A stretch of 38,122 bases of DNA from Octopus bimaculoides (taxonomy: Eukaryota): positions 102,292,231-102,330,352 of the forward strand of contig NC_068982.1 in assembly GCF_001194135.2 (NCBI RefSeq), written 5' to 3'. The position numbers were made by a program, and so were the translations under genes. The notes beneath the pieces are model-generated. The model saw only the letters and a list, made by a program, of their open reading frames with translations. It ran no database searches and was not told the origin of the DNA. Shown here one piece after another: positions 11,749-22,239 of the stretch (position 1 is the stretch's first letter; each line of letters starts with the position of its first letter).

Positions 11749-11925
11749 CCTTTCTACTAAAGACCTGAAATTTTGAGGGAGGGGGCCAAGTCCATTATAT
11801 CGACCCCAGTACTCCACTGTTATTTATTTTATCGACCCCTAGTGTGGAAAGCAAAGTCGGCCCCGGCGGTATCAGGGCTCAGAACATACGACATATGAAA
11901 AGCCGCTATTCATTTTTCCAATATG
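11735..11925 (-). mobile_element. Family A SINE, degenerate, tail-to-tail with the LINE
   Basis: cctttctactaaagacctgaaattttgagggagggggcc...atcgaccccagtac...ttttatcgacccc...gcaaagtcgg...ctcagaac. Confidence 0.8.
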
Positions 11926-12904
11926 CTAAAAAAAAGTTAAACATGACTAGTAACTGAGAATGGTTACATTTTAGAGAGGGCATTAAAACATATCCGGTGC
12001 TAGTTTAGCTGCAAGGATTAAAATGAGGAGGGAACATACAACAGATAAAAAAGACTTTTATAGATTTGGCTCAATAGGGTTTCAAGTTGTTTACTCACAA
12101 TAAATTTTAAAAGGAAGAAATTAGAACAAATTAAGGAAATAATTAAGGTATAGAAAATAAAACGATACGATACATAGAAATCTGAAGCAAAGAAAACATT
12201 GAACGAGAATTCTAAGGAATTTTCAGTCGACCGTGTTGGCCTTTATTTTCAGGATCAATATCCCTTAGAAGGAAATGGATGCAGTAAGGCATATATAACC
12301 ATTTACCTTTATCTAATTCGAGCTGAAATGGTGTGCAATTTATTTTCATTATCGCAGAGACTTCTTTCTGAAGGAGTTACTGTTTGTTTCTAAGAACTTG
12401 ACAAAAGAGGAATTTAGCAGAGATTTTAGAGACGAAATGAAAGGATAATTTATTTTCCTTTCCTTGGTATATACCACGGTATCGATTTTACATAGCTTCA
12501 TCTTAAATTTATAGAGGGACGCACATCCGGATCATCATGAGGTTGAGGTATACCTCTTTTTCTCTATGACTCTCATCATTTCACTTATGTAAGCACATAT
12601 GTGATTGAAGCAAAATTGGTTTCCTTGAATTAATTGTTTTTAATAAAATACACACGTAACACACACATCCACACATGCTTACATACATATATACATACAC
12701 ACACTTATATATGTGTATGTGTGTGTACACACATATATATGTATATATATTTATATATATATATGTAGATAGATAGATAGATAGATAGATTTACATTTCC
12801 CTTTTACCTCCCTGGCACCTTACTTTATGTCCCTTTCCTTTATTTTTCTCTCTTTATCGTCCCTCCTTAATTCTTCAATCCCTTTGCCCCCTACCTCTCT
12901 CTTC

Positions 12905-13390
12905 TCCTCCTACGTTACCGGTGTTCCGCAAACCTGACCCCTCTTTCTTGGTTTGACTTCCATCCGTGTAGCATATTCCTTCCTATGACTTTCATCCCTT
13001 ATGTCCCTGCCGTAAGGCTTCACTCCACACACGCCAGCGTAATTTAATTCGTCCTTAGTCGCAAGACACCTGTTGTTAATGTCCCGTTGTTTGTATTTGT
13101 AATTGTGTATCATTTCTCCGTTTTTTAACGTCCTTCTTTTCGTATATATTCGCTTGCTTTTTTCCAAAGAATCTAGTGCTCTTAGCTTAGATTTTCTTGG
13201 GGCCGGCCAGATTGGAGCAGTCTCGAGTGACACGGGTCGAAACTGCAGGGATGATCTGGAACTCAACTAACGATAGAAAGCTCCGAATGACCCGTCCTTG
13301 ATTTTTCCTGTCCTTCTTTGTATCGTCTAACTGTAGAAATGTTTTGTTGTCGCCCGCTACTTTCTTGTTCCAATTTTTGTTTTGTTGATA
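12905..13390 (-). mobile_element. Fragment of an RNase H-bearing LINE (I-group-like), post-RT region and start of RNase H
   Basis: Minus-strand EGICYTDGSQTKKEGSG at about 12935-12985 matches the first RNase H motif (YTDGS). Upstream TIQRRTGKIKDGSFGAF resembles the IQR..LR..GAF thumb motif. Frames are broken. Confidence 0.5.
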
Positions 13391-13395
13391 TATAT

Positions 13396-13970
13396 NNNNN
13401 NNNNNNNNNNNNNNNNNNNNNNNNNNNNNNNNNNNNNNNNNNNNNNNNNNNNNNNNNNNNNNNNNNNNNNNNNNNNNNNNNNNNNNNNNNNNNNNNNNNN
13501 NNNNNNNNNNNNNNNNNNNNNNNNNNNNNNNNNNNNNNNNNNNNNNNNNNNNNNNNNNNNNNNNNNNNNNNNNNNNNNNNNNNNNNNNNNNNNNNNNNNN
13601 NNNNNNNNNNNNNNNNNNNNNNNNNNNNNNNNNNNNNNNNNNNNNNNNNNNNNNNNNNNNNNNNNNNNNNNNNNNNNNNNNNNNNNNNNNNNNNNNNNNN
13701 NNNNNNNNNNNNNNNNNNNNNNNNNNNNNNNNNNNNNNNNNNNNNNNNNNNNNNNNNNNNNNNNNNNNNNNNNNNNNNNNNNNNNNNNNNNNNNNNNNNN
13801 NNNNNNNNNNNNNNNNNNNNNNNNNNNNNNNNNNNNNNNNNNNNNNNNNNNNNNNNNNNNNNNNNNNNNNNNNNNNNNNNNNNNNNNNNNNNNNNNNNNN
13901 NNNNNNNNNNNNNNNNNNNNNNNNNNNNNNNNNNNNNNNNNNNNNNNNNNNNNNNNNNNNNNNNNNNNNN
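13396..13970. other. Assembly gap (N run) flanked by (TA)n
   Basis: N run. Other gaps lie at 27768-27854, 28329-28576, 29523-29532 and 31019-31028. Confidence 1.
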
Positions 13971-14002
<32 letters not shown>

Positions 14003-14009
14003 TACAACA

Positions 14010-14107
14010 AAATTTTATATCTTTGACATAGAGTTCCCCAAGGTTTCGCACCCAGAAAGCTGAAGCCTTGTGGACAGCTTGTCAGACTCTATATCAATAC
14101 AAAATTT
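14010..14107 (-). ncRNA. Type I hammerhead ribozyme (degenerate core) in the PLE 3' terminal region
   Basis: Minus strand: aaauuuuguau-ugauauagag u CUGAcaa [stem II gcuguccacaaggc-uuca-gcuuucugggugc] GAAA c cuuggg gaa cucuauguca-aag-auauaaaauuu. Stem I is 10+11 bp around a 3-nt bulge. The core differs from consensus at G8 (A here) and U16.1 (A here). Confidence 0.75.
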
Positions 14108-15232
14108 AAAACTATCTACGTCGCAGAAGTGAGAAAACACTCAGAACTAGAGGAATACGAAAAAACGTTAATGAGTACGGGTTATTTCCCCTTAAACAGA
14201 GAGTGGAAAACGTTATATATTCGGAGAGGCATGATGTGCAAACAGGGAGATCCAATTTACTAGTAAGTAACGTTTGAAGTTGATACCTTCAGAAAATACT
14301 CCTTTACGGTTGTTTAATGAACCAGGCTTCTTAAAATCCTAAAGAATCTTGACTCTCTCTGCGATACAGATCTTGCAACGGCCACTTCCATTAATATACG
14401 GGCCTGGAAAATCAATTAATTTCCACTTGACATCACACGGGGTCCCTTGATCTTTGAGATGCCACACATGGCGGGCCAGGGACGTGACAAACTGTCATTC
14501 TAGGATTCTGAAGGGTGACTGTTGGTCAAGAAAACGTTTCTTGAATTAAGTGCTCGCTGAACCATAATATTTATAAACATGAGCTGTGGCCCTATTCGCA
14601 CTCTTAGTAACATAGAGCTCGGGCTGGTCCTCTCATCGGTGTCGAAGATGAATGTTTGTTCTTCATCTGAGGTGGTGGAACTGGGAATAGCAGATACCTC
14701 CTCTAAAACCTTGGTTCTGGATAGGTCATTATTTCCAGGTGCAACGTTTGTACTGGTGACTCTATCTGCATTTATGGTTTGTTCATTATCCGTGGCGGTT
14801 ATATCGGGATCTTCGGTGACGCTCTCTGTCATACTGGTCCCGGTTTTGTTATTATCTTTGGACGTGGCAAGTGTATTGGCGTGAGACGTGGTTAATCTGT
14901 TGTTCGATGTTACATTACTGTCATTCCGGATATTAGGTCTAGGCATCTCCGTAGCTTCATATATGACCCCTTTAGCTTGGCATCAGTCTCCTACTCGACA
15001 TTTATTAAATACCTTGCAAGAGCAACCTGCCTCTTCTCTTGTATTGTGGATACTTGATAAAATCTTTTTTTATGTTAGGTGCACAACTAAAGGAGACTCT
15101 TAAGTTGTGCCTGTTAAATATATTCCTGTATCTATGTGTTTGTGTAAAATGTTTGTCTATTAATCCAAGGAAAATCTTTCCCACACAGGTCTTAACGTTG
15201 AGTAGGAAGGGCGGGGCAAACCAAATTAGATT
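14010..15232 (-). mobile_element. Penelope-like element (PLE), 5'-truncated: RT thumb/linker, GIY-YIG endonuclease and 3' terminal region with hammerhead
   Basis: Minus-strand NLIWFAPPFLLNVKTCVGKIFLGLIDKHFTQTHRYRNIFNRHNLRVSFSCAPNIKK; linker GCSCKVFNKCRVGDxCQAKGVIYEAT; KYYGSASTxFKKRF; SLARHVWHLKDQGTPCDVKWKLI; PYINGSGRCKICIAERVKIL...SLNNRK. These are the PLE hallmark blocks (IIWFNPPF..NIGK.FL.LIDKHF..IFNR..KVSYSC.PN; CNC..CPL.G.C; VIY; YIG; LSKYIW.LK; PY...RC.LC.EK). Confidence 0.9.
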
Positions 15233-15235
15233 TAT

Positions 15236-15317
15236 ATATATATGTATGAATATGTATATGTATATACACACACGCACACGCACACATATATATGGGTAGA
15301 TAGAGAGATAGATAGAG

Positions 15318-15382
<65 letters not shown>
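15236..15382. repeat. Compound (TA)n/(CA)n/(GATA)n microsatellite
   Basis: Read directly from the sequence. It abuts the 5' end of the PLE. Confidence 0.95.
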
Positions 15383-15451
15383 TCTTTGTTGTTTCACCGG
15401 AAGCGATAAATAACAGGACTCAATACAGACGTAGAATATTCTTTAATACAT

Positions 15452-15818
15452 TATAATGGAGGGGCTCCGATTTTCAGTTCACAAAGTTACTCGTTTCCAA
15501 TCATCAGCTGCTTTTTTCTTGAAATATTTTGACAATATTTTTATCATGGAATTTGTGACATTTGTAATAATATTACCACGAGAACCAGAAAAGAAAATCA
15601 GAAGCGCGATTTTGAAGCAGCTGTTTTTCGGACGTGTTGTTCATAAATGTTTTCAAACGGAAAAAAAAACATGAAGATAAGCGTTCTCTTCAGATTTTCA
15701 TTTCATATTTCACAAAATATTCAGACAAATATTTCTAAAGAAAACCAAGCACAGTTTGCCAGGTGATGATCGGTAACGAGTAACTCAGCGTACGGAAAAT
15801 GGGAACCTTTCAGTTATA
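15452..15818. mobile_element. MITE-like element with long (about 100 bp) imperfect terminal inverted repeats and TA ends
   Basis: Left ggctccgattttcagttcacaaagttactcgtttccaatcatcagctg aligns with the reverse complement of the right end, ggttcccattttccgtacgctgagttactcgttaccgatcatcacctg. The similarity continues into gaaatattt...aatattt. No coding capacity. Confidence 0.65.
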
Positions 15819-16339
15819 TAACTGTTATTCTTTTCCATATAGGCAACATTGCTACAAGGAACACTATTTCCCAAAATGTCAAATACAATAAAATAAACAA
15901 AGTATTTGAAGTGTTTATAGTTCTTTGTTTAATTTGTGTTAAAAATATTTCTTATTAGTGGCCACATGAAAATATTAACCACTATTTAGAAACAAAGATA
16001 ATAACTGATTTTTCAATATTAGTGTACTTTAACTTAAGTAAATTATACCACAATCTTAAACTTGATAATGATAATGGTGGAAATCCACTAAAATCTGGAT
16101 TGCAGTTGGAGACTAGAGGCATTTATAATTTCTATAACATTTTCATGACAATATATCTTTCGGTACAGCAATTAAAAGAGAAATAGAATACTTACAACTT
16201 ACATGTAATTACTATAATAAAGATTTCTAATTTTAACATCAGATTAAGTATTTGTAACATTTATACAGTTGAGAATCAGAAATAGTATAGGCGGCTGAAT
16301 TTTTCCAACAGATTTCTAATACCCATATATCATAGCATC

Positions 16340-16560
16340 AAGAAACCTTGCGGTTTATTTTCCCTTTTTGCGTTCTGAATTCCAACTCCTCTATCGCCTA
16401 CTCTGGTGGCAGACTAAATTCGTCGGTCGATTGGCTAATATCTTGGCTGCCTTTAGTGGAATCCACTCTGTTACAAGTATTCGGGCCAGCTCCCCACTTT
16501 GGAGATTCTATCCTTCCTAGTCACCACTTGTCACATATTTGTAAAGCATCATAAATACTG
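16340..16560 (-). mobile_element. Possible RTE-type LINE 3' remnant
   Basis: Minus-strand LVTEWIPLKAAKILANRP loosely resembles the RVTEW.PR..KR.RGRP C-terminal motif. Short and degenerate. Confidence 0.3.
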
Positions 16561-17419
16561 CCTTTCTTTCAGGCAATGTTTTTAAACTTGATCTGAAGGG
16601 ACAAATACGTAAAGTGAACTCAGTCAGAACTTGAAATCAGAACACAAAGTGGTGTAACAAAATATATCGATGTATTTAATCTTATTATCTACTATTCGCG
16701 ATGTCTCTTCGCCTTAGAGATGCTACATTAATAATGTTTTCTAAATCTGATTCAACTTCTCGCTTTTGTGGAGTTATTTTATTTATTCATAATAACGAAT
16801 GAAATACAATGGGATAGGACTCAGAAGGTAATGTGACGCAATTAATATAGTGAGACCCTTTTGTAGGTAGTCTACCTTTCTGTCAGTCAACGCTCTTGAC
16901 TGTACATTAATAATTATAATTATTTGAAGAAAGGGGGAAATATATAGTATCTCTGTGATCCAGCAAGGCAAACAAAGACAGATAGTGAGTAATAAACACA
17001 TAAAGAATTCAATCTCGTAAAGAAAAATCTAATCACGTATGTGGTTCTGCTATTCCTAACGAACAACATATTTCATATTTCCCGTACTTTTCTAATGTAG
17101 TAAACACAAAAAAGTCTAGGTTATCCTTTTCTTCTTTTTTTATGCTTTTCTGCTATTGGACTCCGGATAAGCTGAAGGTTACTTATCGAACATACCTCCC
17201 TCATTACATATTTCAATTTTGCACGGATTTTATCGATTACTATTTGTGAAACATTTAAGTAACCGGAATTAAAAGAACACAATTTAACACGACTTGAAAG
17301 TGTTAGCTATTATAAGGACTGACAAGCAAGCATATCACAAGATTTGCATATGTGTGCGCCCACACGTGTATATCTATTTAAGGTGAAACGAGCAAATCAT
17401 TAGATGCCTCCCATTAGTT

Positions 17420-17690
17420 ACTCTGAGTTAAATTTCCCCTGACATCAATTTTGCTTTGCATCCTTTTAAGTTCGATAAATAAAGTATCAGGTAGGTGTCG
17501 ATATTTTACTCTTTCCGTATTTATAATATCTAAGACACAGTGTATAATCACGTCGTCGCCCGTTTGACTTCATCAGCAGCACATTACACACGGATGACGG
17601 TCTTCTGCAGTTTTCGTCTACAAATTTCCACGCAGAACGCTTTGTCTTATCGGATCTGTAATCAACTCAATTCGATATATGTACATTTAT
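17420..17690. mobile_element. Degenerate SINE remnants (family A core on +, another SINE family on -)
   Basis: gagttaaatttcc...ttttgctttgcatccttttaagttcgataaataaagtatcag on +. ggtcttctgcagttttcgtctacaaatttccacgcagaacgctttg is the reverse complement of the type seen at 37885-38010. Confidence 0.45.
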
Positions 17691-18469
17691 AGAACACACA
17701 CGCACACACACAAATAGATATAGTGAGAAATTGAGACGGACAGATAGATAGAGAGAGTGAGAGAAAGAGGAGGAGAGAGGGAGGGGGTTTCTTTTAATAA
17801 ACGCAAATATAACATTTCATTTACTTTCTATTCCATATATTTCCGGTTTTCTCTTAAGCAGCGTTAAGATAAAAATGATTTAAATCACCACACGAGAGAA
17901 AATCTAAAACCGTTCAAAGAAATAAAATTTATAACTTGATAGTTTCAACTCTGTTTAAAAGAAATAAATTAAACTAAAATTGGAGGAAAAGAAGCATTTA
18001 AGTTTTAAGAATTTAATTAGATTTTATTGACGTGTTGTCTTTCTAATAAATAAATAAAAAAAAGCACTGGTTGTCTGCAAGATTTTCGCTTCGGTCACTC
18101 CATACACAGAGCTAGTCAGAATTTATTGTAGGAAAGTTAAAGAGAATGACTTAGATAGTCTGGCGTCTCCGAATGTTATGAGCTTTAAATTCATATGTGA
18201 TTTGCCACACGCGGCTGATTTCTTTCGTATGGATGTTTTTTTCTCTATCATCAGAAAATAGTAGCGTGGATGACCAAGTCAATGGAGGAGCAAATAACAA
18301 TCAACCAATTAGATAGCAATTCTTCTCTTCCCATTTATACACTTATTAGGCCTGTACTCAAAAACAATGGTTCTTCAATAGCAGTCCTGTCTACCTAGCT
18401 GTAATATGAAAGAAGAATTCACAACAATATCGTTACGAGTGTTTTGTTGCTTAAGGTCCTGAGTTCAAC

Positions 18470-18770
18470 TTCTGTGGTTATGATTTGTAGATGTAGGTTT
18501 CATTAAGCGGACAGACCCCTGATATAGCTAATGAAAACAAATGTCTGAAGGCGTCTGTACATGGTTGCTCCGGCTACTACAAACAGCAGACAAATCTCCC
18601 TTGATTAACATTCTTCTATGTTAAAAAAAAGGATAGAACACATTTGATAAGGTATTTTTAAAAGACCACTAATACGATGGGATTGCCGTTGTTGGAATAC
18701 CTTCGAAATAGGTCAGCTAGATTAGAGCTGACCTGGAGCTAATCAACAATAATACGCCAGTCATTATGTG
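18470..18770 (+). mobile_element. Degenerate SINE-like repeat with a hairpin and (AAC/AAT) tail
   Basis: Ends in ggtcagctagattagagctgacc (hairpin) tggagctaatcaacaataat. Resembles an Octopus retroposon 3' end as I recall it; not searched. Confidence 0.4.
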
Positions 18771-19024
18771 ATTGTTGCTTAACTCCATGTCAGTCCTGGT
18801 AAATCAATTATATGGTCAAAGAATAGCCATCTTTCTATTACTTTTTCTTACGTTGTTTCAGAAATTGACGCAAATATGCGGTTAGAAGACCATTTCGAAG
18901 GCACTGGATTCTGGTTTAGATCCTAACAATGTGGTACTTTCGGCAACTGTTTTCAGCTGCAGCCTTCAGGTTTCGAATGCCATTTGAGTAGAATTTGGTA
19001 GACGAGACATATATGTTTGTATGA

Positions 19025-19062
<38 letters not shown>

Positions 19063-20589
19063 GCGTGCGCGCATGTATGTGTAGATATTTATAAGTATGT
19101 ATGTATTTTTCTCGCGGGTGTATTTCATCGATGGACATTGATGATTTTCGAGAAACTAAACTAGTGACACACGCCATCAGGCGTTAATCTCACCGTCAGC
19201 TATACACTAAATCAACCAACAACACTATTGTTCAAAATATAGGTATCATGGACCAGATGGTGATGTTAAATACAATGCCTAACTAAATTTATTTATGATC
19301 AATATTTGGATGATAGTTTCTGATAACGAACCGAGAGGTAGTAGTTGGACGCGCATTGGTTCTGTCTGCTAGTATTTTATGTTTACATTTCACCGTATTA
19401 ATTTAACACGCTCTATAGTATATTTTCTGATACGAATGTAAAAACCATATGGAGTCGGACTGAATGTAAACGTATTATGTATTTTGTTTAATTTATTCTT
19501 CTCATGACGTTGACTCCCGAAATTTATATATATGAAATAGAGCGGTTTTAATCAAGAAGAAAATTTTGCATTGTCTTTTTATTTGAGTCTGCCATCCGAT
19601 GTATTACATTGAATCTCTCAGATGTCGTAAGGGACAATGTAAACAGCAAGACTGGCAGCAAGGTTGATAATGTAGATCTGCAGGATGATTATGTTGACAG
19701 TTTCAACATTAGCAAACATCAACGAGTGACGAGGATGATGATTTGAACTATTAGTGATGTATGTAAACGGTGATGACTTCAATTGAGTGCGATGGTAGAG
19801 ACTATGAACATTTCAGTAAAAGAAATGACTTCAGCTAGGATAATCTTATCAATTAAAAATGAAAGGACAATGTTAACAACTGCAACGATAACGGCGTCGT
19901 TGATGATGTGATGGTAGTAGTTAAAACAATAACAGCAATAAAAGCGATAGCAATGAAAATGATGAAAACAACGATGTAAACAGCAATGGAGACGATGATG
20001 AGAAAAATTAACTTCATACGTTTACAGCTTTTCACAATATCGATAATGACGCCACCCTTCACTACAACACTTACATTAAAACCGGTAGATCGCCTTCTCT
20101 CTCTCCCACCTTCTCGTCTCTCGCTACATCTCCTCCTCTCTATCACTTTCTCTTTTCGTTTTGTCAACCAATCATTTCCCCCCTTTTTTTTTCACACTCT
20201 TCAAGCCAAGCTCCACTGATCTGTATCAAATATATTCACGCCATATCCTAATATATTATGAGACATATATAAATCTAATATAAAAAATTGAAAACATTGC
20301 CATTTCCTGTCACACTTGTTCTATAACTCCATTATACCATCTTTTATCAGTTTATATTTCATCGTTTTCTCATTTGTATTATCCTCAATATCCCAAAGCT
20401 ACTACTTATATGGAAGAAAGGGGCGGAGAACTGTGAATGGGGTCTCTTTCCGTCCTTTCAATTGACTCAGTGCCGTATCACTATAGTTTCTATCAGATAT
20501 TAAAACCTATGCTACCAGAATTAATAATACGCAATAGAAGAGAAATAAAATCAAAATATAGACACACATGCACACACACAACACACCGT

Positions 20590-20955
20590 TTACACGTGTG
20601 TGTGTGTGTGTGTGTGTGTGTGAGTGTGTGTGCGCGAATCTGTAGTGGGTAATAGTTTACAGTTACTGTAACAAGAACAAAAGCAACAACGCGCGCAATA
20701 ATAATATAATAAGGATAGTTATTATAAGAAAGGTAACAGCAAAGCCGAGAATATTGATTATTATTAAATGTGGGGGAGGGTTCATGGTTATTGCTGCTAA
20801 TAATACTAATAATAATAATGATAATAATAATAGTAATAATAATAATAATACTTTATTAAAGAAAAATTTAATGACTAATGATTTTTGTTATTGTTGTTGT
20901 TAATGTTGGTAGCCATTTTGTTGTTGTTGTTGATGTTGGTGGTGGTGGTGGTACT
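20590..20955. repeat. (GT)n, (TAA)n, (GTT)n and (GGT)n simple repeats
   Basis: Read directly from the sequence. Confidence 0.9.
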
Positions 20956-21321
20956 CTCATTGCCACTAGGAGAACACCGGAAAAAGAGAAATCGTCACTC
21001 TAACGAAAGCAAAACAAAAAGATTCCAATGACGGGTATTGAACGATATATGTGTGTGTAAAGAAGAATTCTAAGCGAAAATTAACCAGTAGTATTTTTCA
21101 CTCTTCACATAATCTGTTAATCAAACTAGGAATTAGGAACGAATAGAGGTAGCTTCAGAGAATACATTTGAAGATGAATCAGGAGCAGTTGATGTTTCAT
21201 ATTTAACTACAATTCACTTGTAATTCTGCAGCCACGTTTCCCCAATCGTTAAGCAAGATGTTTCTGAGGAACTATAACTTCACCGTTTTAGCTTATTTTT
21301 TTTATCAACCATCAAACATAG

Positions 21322-21607
21322 TAAAGAGGAAATATAAAGGTTGTGGTCAATGAGGAAGGTAGACGTGATACCAATAGTAATTGGTGCACTTGGAAGTATC
21401 AGCACTCAACTACTAGCATGGATGAAAAAGATTAGTGCAAGTTTGAATGTAGAACACCTACAAAAATCAGCATTGCTTGGAACTGCAAGAATTCTTCGCA
21501 GGGTTCTTGAAGCATGACCAGTAAACAAGTGTCACCTTCATCTGCTGGCTGTGGACAGCTGACACTTACCATCATACCTAACAACATAAGCTGTGAGTTT
21601 AATAATA
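21322..21607 (+). mobile_element. R4/Dong-type LINE 3' fragment (family 1)
   Basis: RLWSMRKVDVIPIVIGALGSIS...VEHLQKSALLGTARILRRVLEA* (stop 21515-21517). The UTR with acagctgacac matches 11433-11500. Short taataata tail. Confidence 0.88.
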
Positions 21608-21802
21608 GTTTCAAATTTTGGCACAAGGCTAGCAATTTCATTAGATCGACACCAGAGCTCAACTGGTTCTTATATTTTCGACCACAAGTGATTGAAGGGC
21701 AAAGTGAACTTTTGGTGGAATGTTGGACTCAGAATATAAAAACAGACGGAAAGTCGCTAAGCATTTGACTGGCACGATAACGATTCTGCCAGCTCGTCGC
21801 TA
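21600..21802 (-). mobile_element. Family A SINE, tail-to-tail with the LINE fragment
   Basis: tttcaaattttggcacaaggctagcaatt...ctcaactgg...gggcaaagt...ctcagaa...gctaagcattt...aacgattctgccagctcgtcgc. Confidence 0.85.
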
Positions 21803-22239
21803 TTTACCGTAGAGATGTTTGCTGGAAATATTATAAAGACAGGTTAATAATAGTGTAAGTGTTTACACATTACCGAATGAAAAGAGAGACAATGAAATAT
21901 GATAGAAAATACATATGGTATACAGAAATTTGCCTGGCATAGTCCTGACTTCCTCTTCTTCATTCTTTCCAAGAGGAACTGAAAAATTCGATGAAATCTT
22001 GATGGAATAGAAAGTGTCTTAGTACAAAAAAGTCACGTCCAACACACAACCTGTTTCTTCCTTGTCACCAACTAAGGACGAAATGCTTCTCCTGCCCTTA
22101 AAGAAGGGCGGCTGATTGGTCCTAGATGGATGTTCTAAGAAATTAGTAAAACTGTGTCATACCTGTACTTGTATAGAAGGGTCACGTAGAAACATCTGAA
22201 TATGTAGGGTTTAAGAAGAAACGTTTAACCAAAATTTCA

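Noticed and set aside
12250-12290. Possible 31-nt micro-exon (ttttcag...gca|gtaagg), plus similar AG/GT-bounded stretches near 300-440, 18250, 18850, 23880 and 31290
   Set aside because: Such splice-like words are expected by chance in AT-rich DNA. There is no consistent reading frame or recognisable protein, and RNA-seq would be needed.
13263-14051. Long ORFs of 214-262 aa in the ORF track (also 28218-28851 and 27667-27912)
   Set aside because: They consist of N-gap X residues and (TA)n-derived YI repeats, so they are artifacts.
14500-14946. 148-aa Thr/Ser-rich ORF read as a host mucin-like exon
   Set aside because: It is in frame with the upstream PLE GVIY motif and embedded between PLE endonuclease blocks, with no clear splice sites.
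15480-15510. Minus-strand CUGAUGA-uug-GAAAC-ga-GUA resembling a second hammerhead
   Set aside because: There is no room for stem II and no convincing stem I. It is part of the MITE terminal inverted repeat.
19620-19990. Possible exon after ctctcag (DVVRDNVNSKTG...)
   Set aside because: It is a degenerate GAT/AAC low-complexity tract with an in-frame stop and no recognisable domain.
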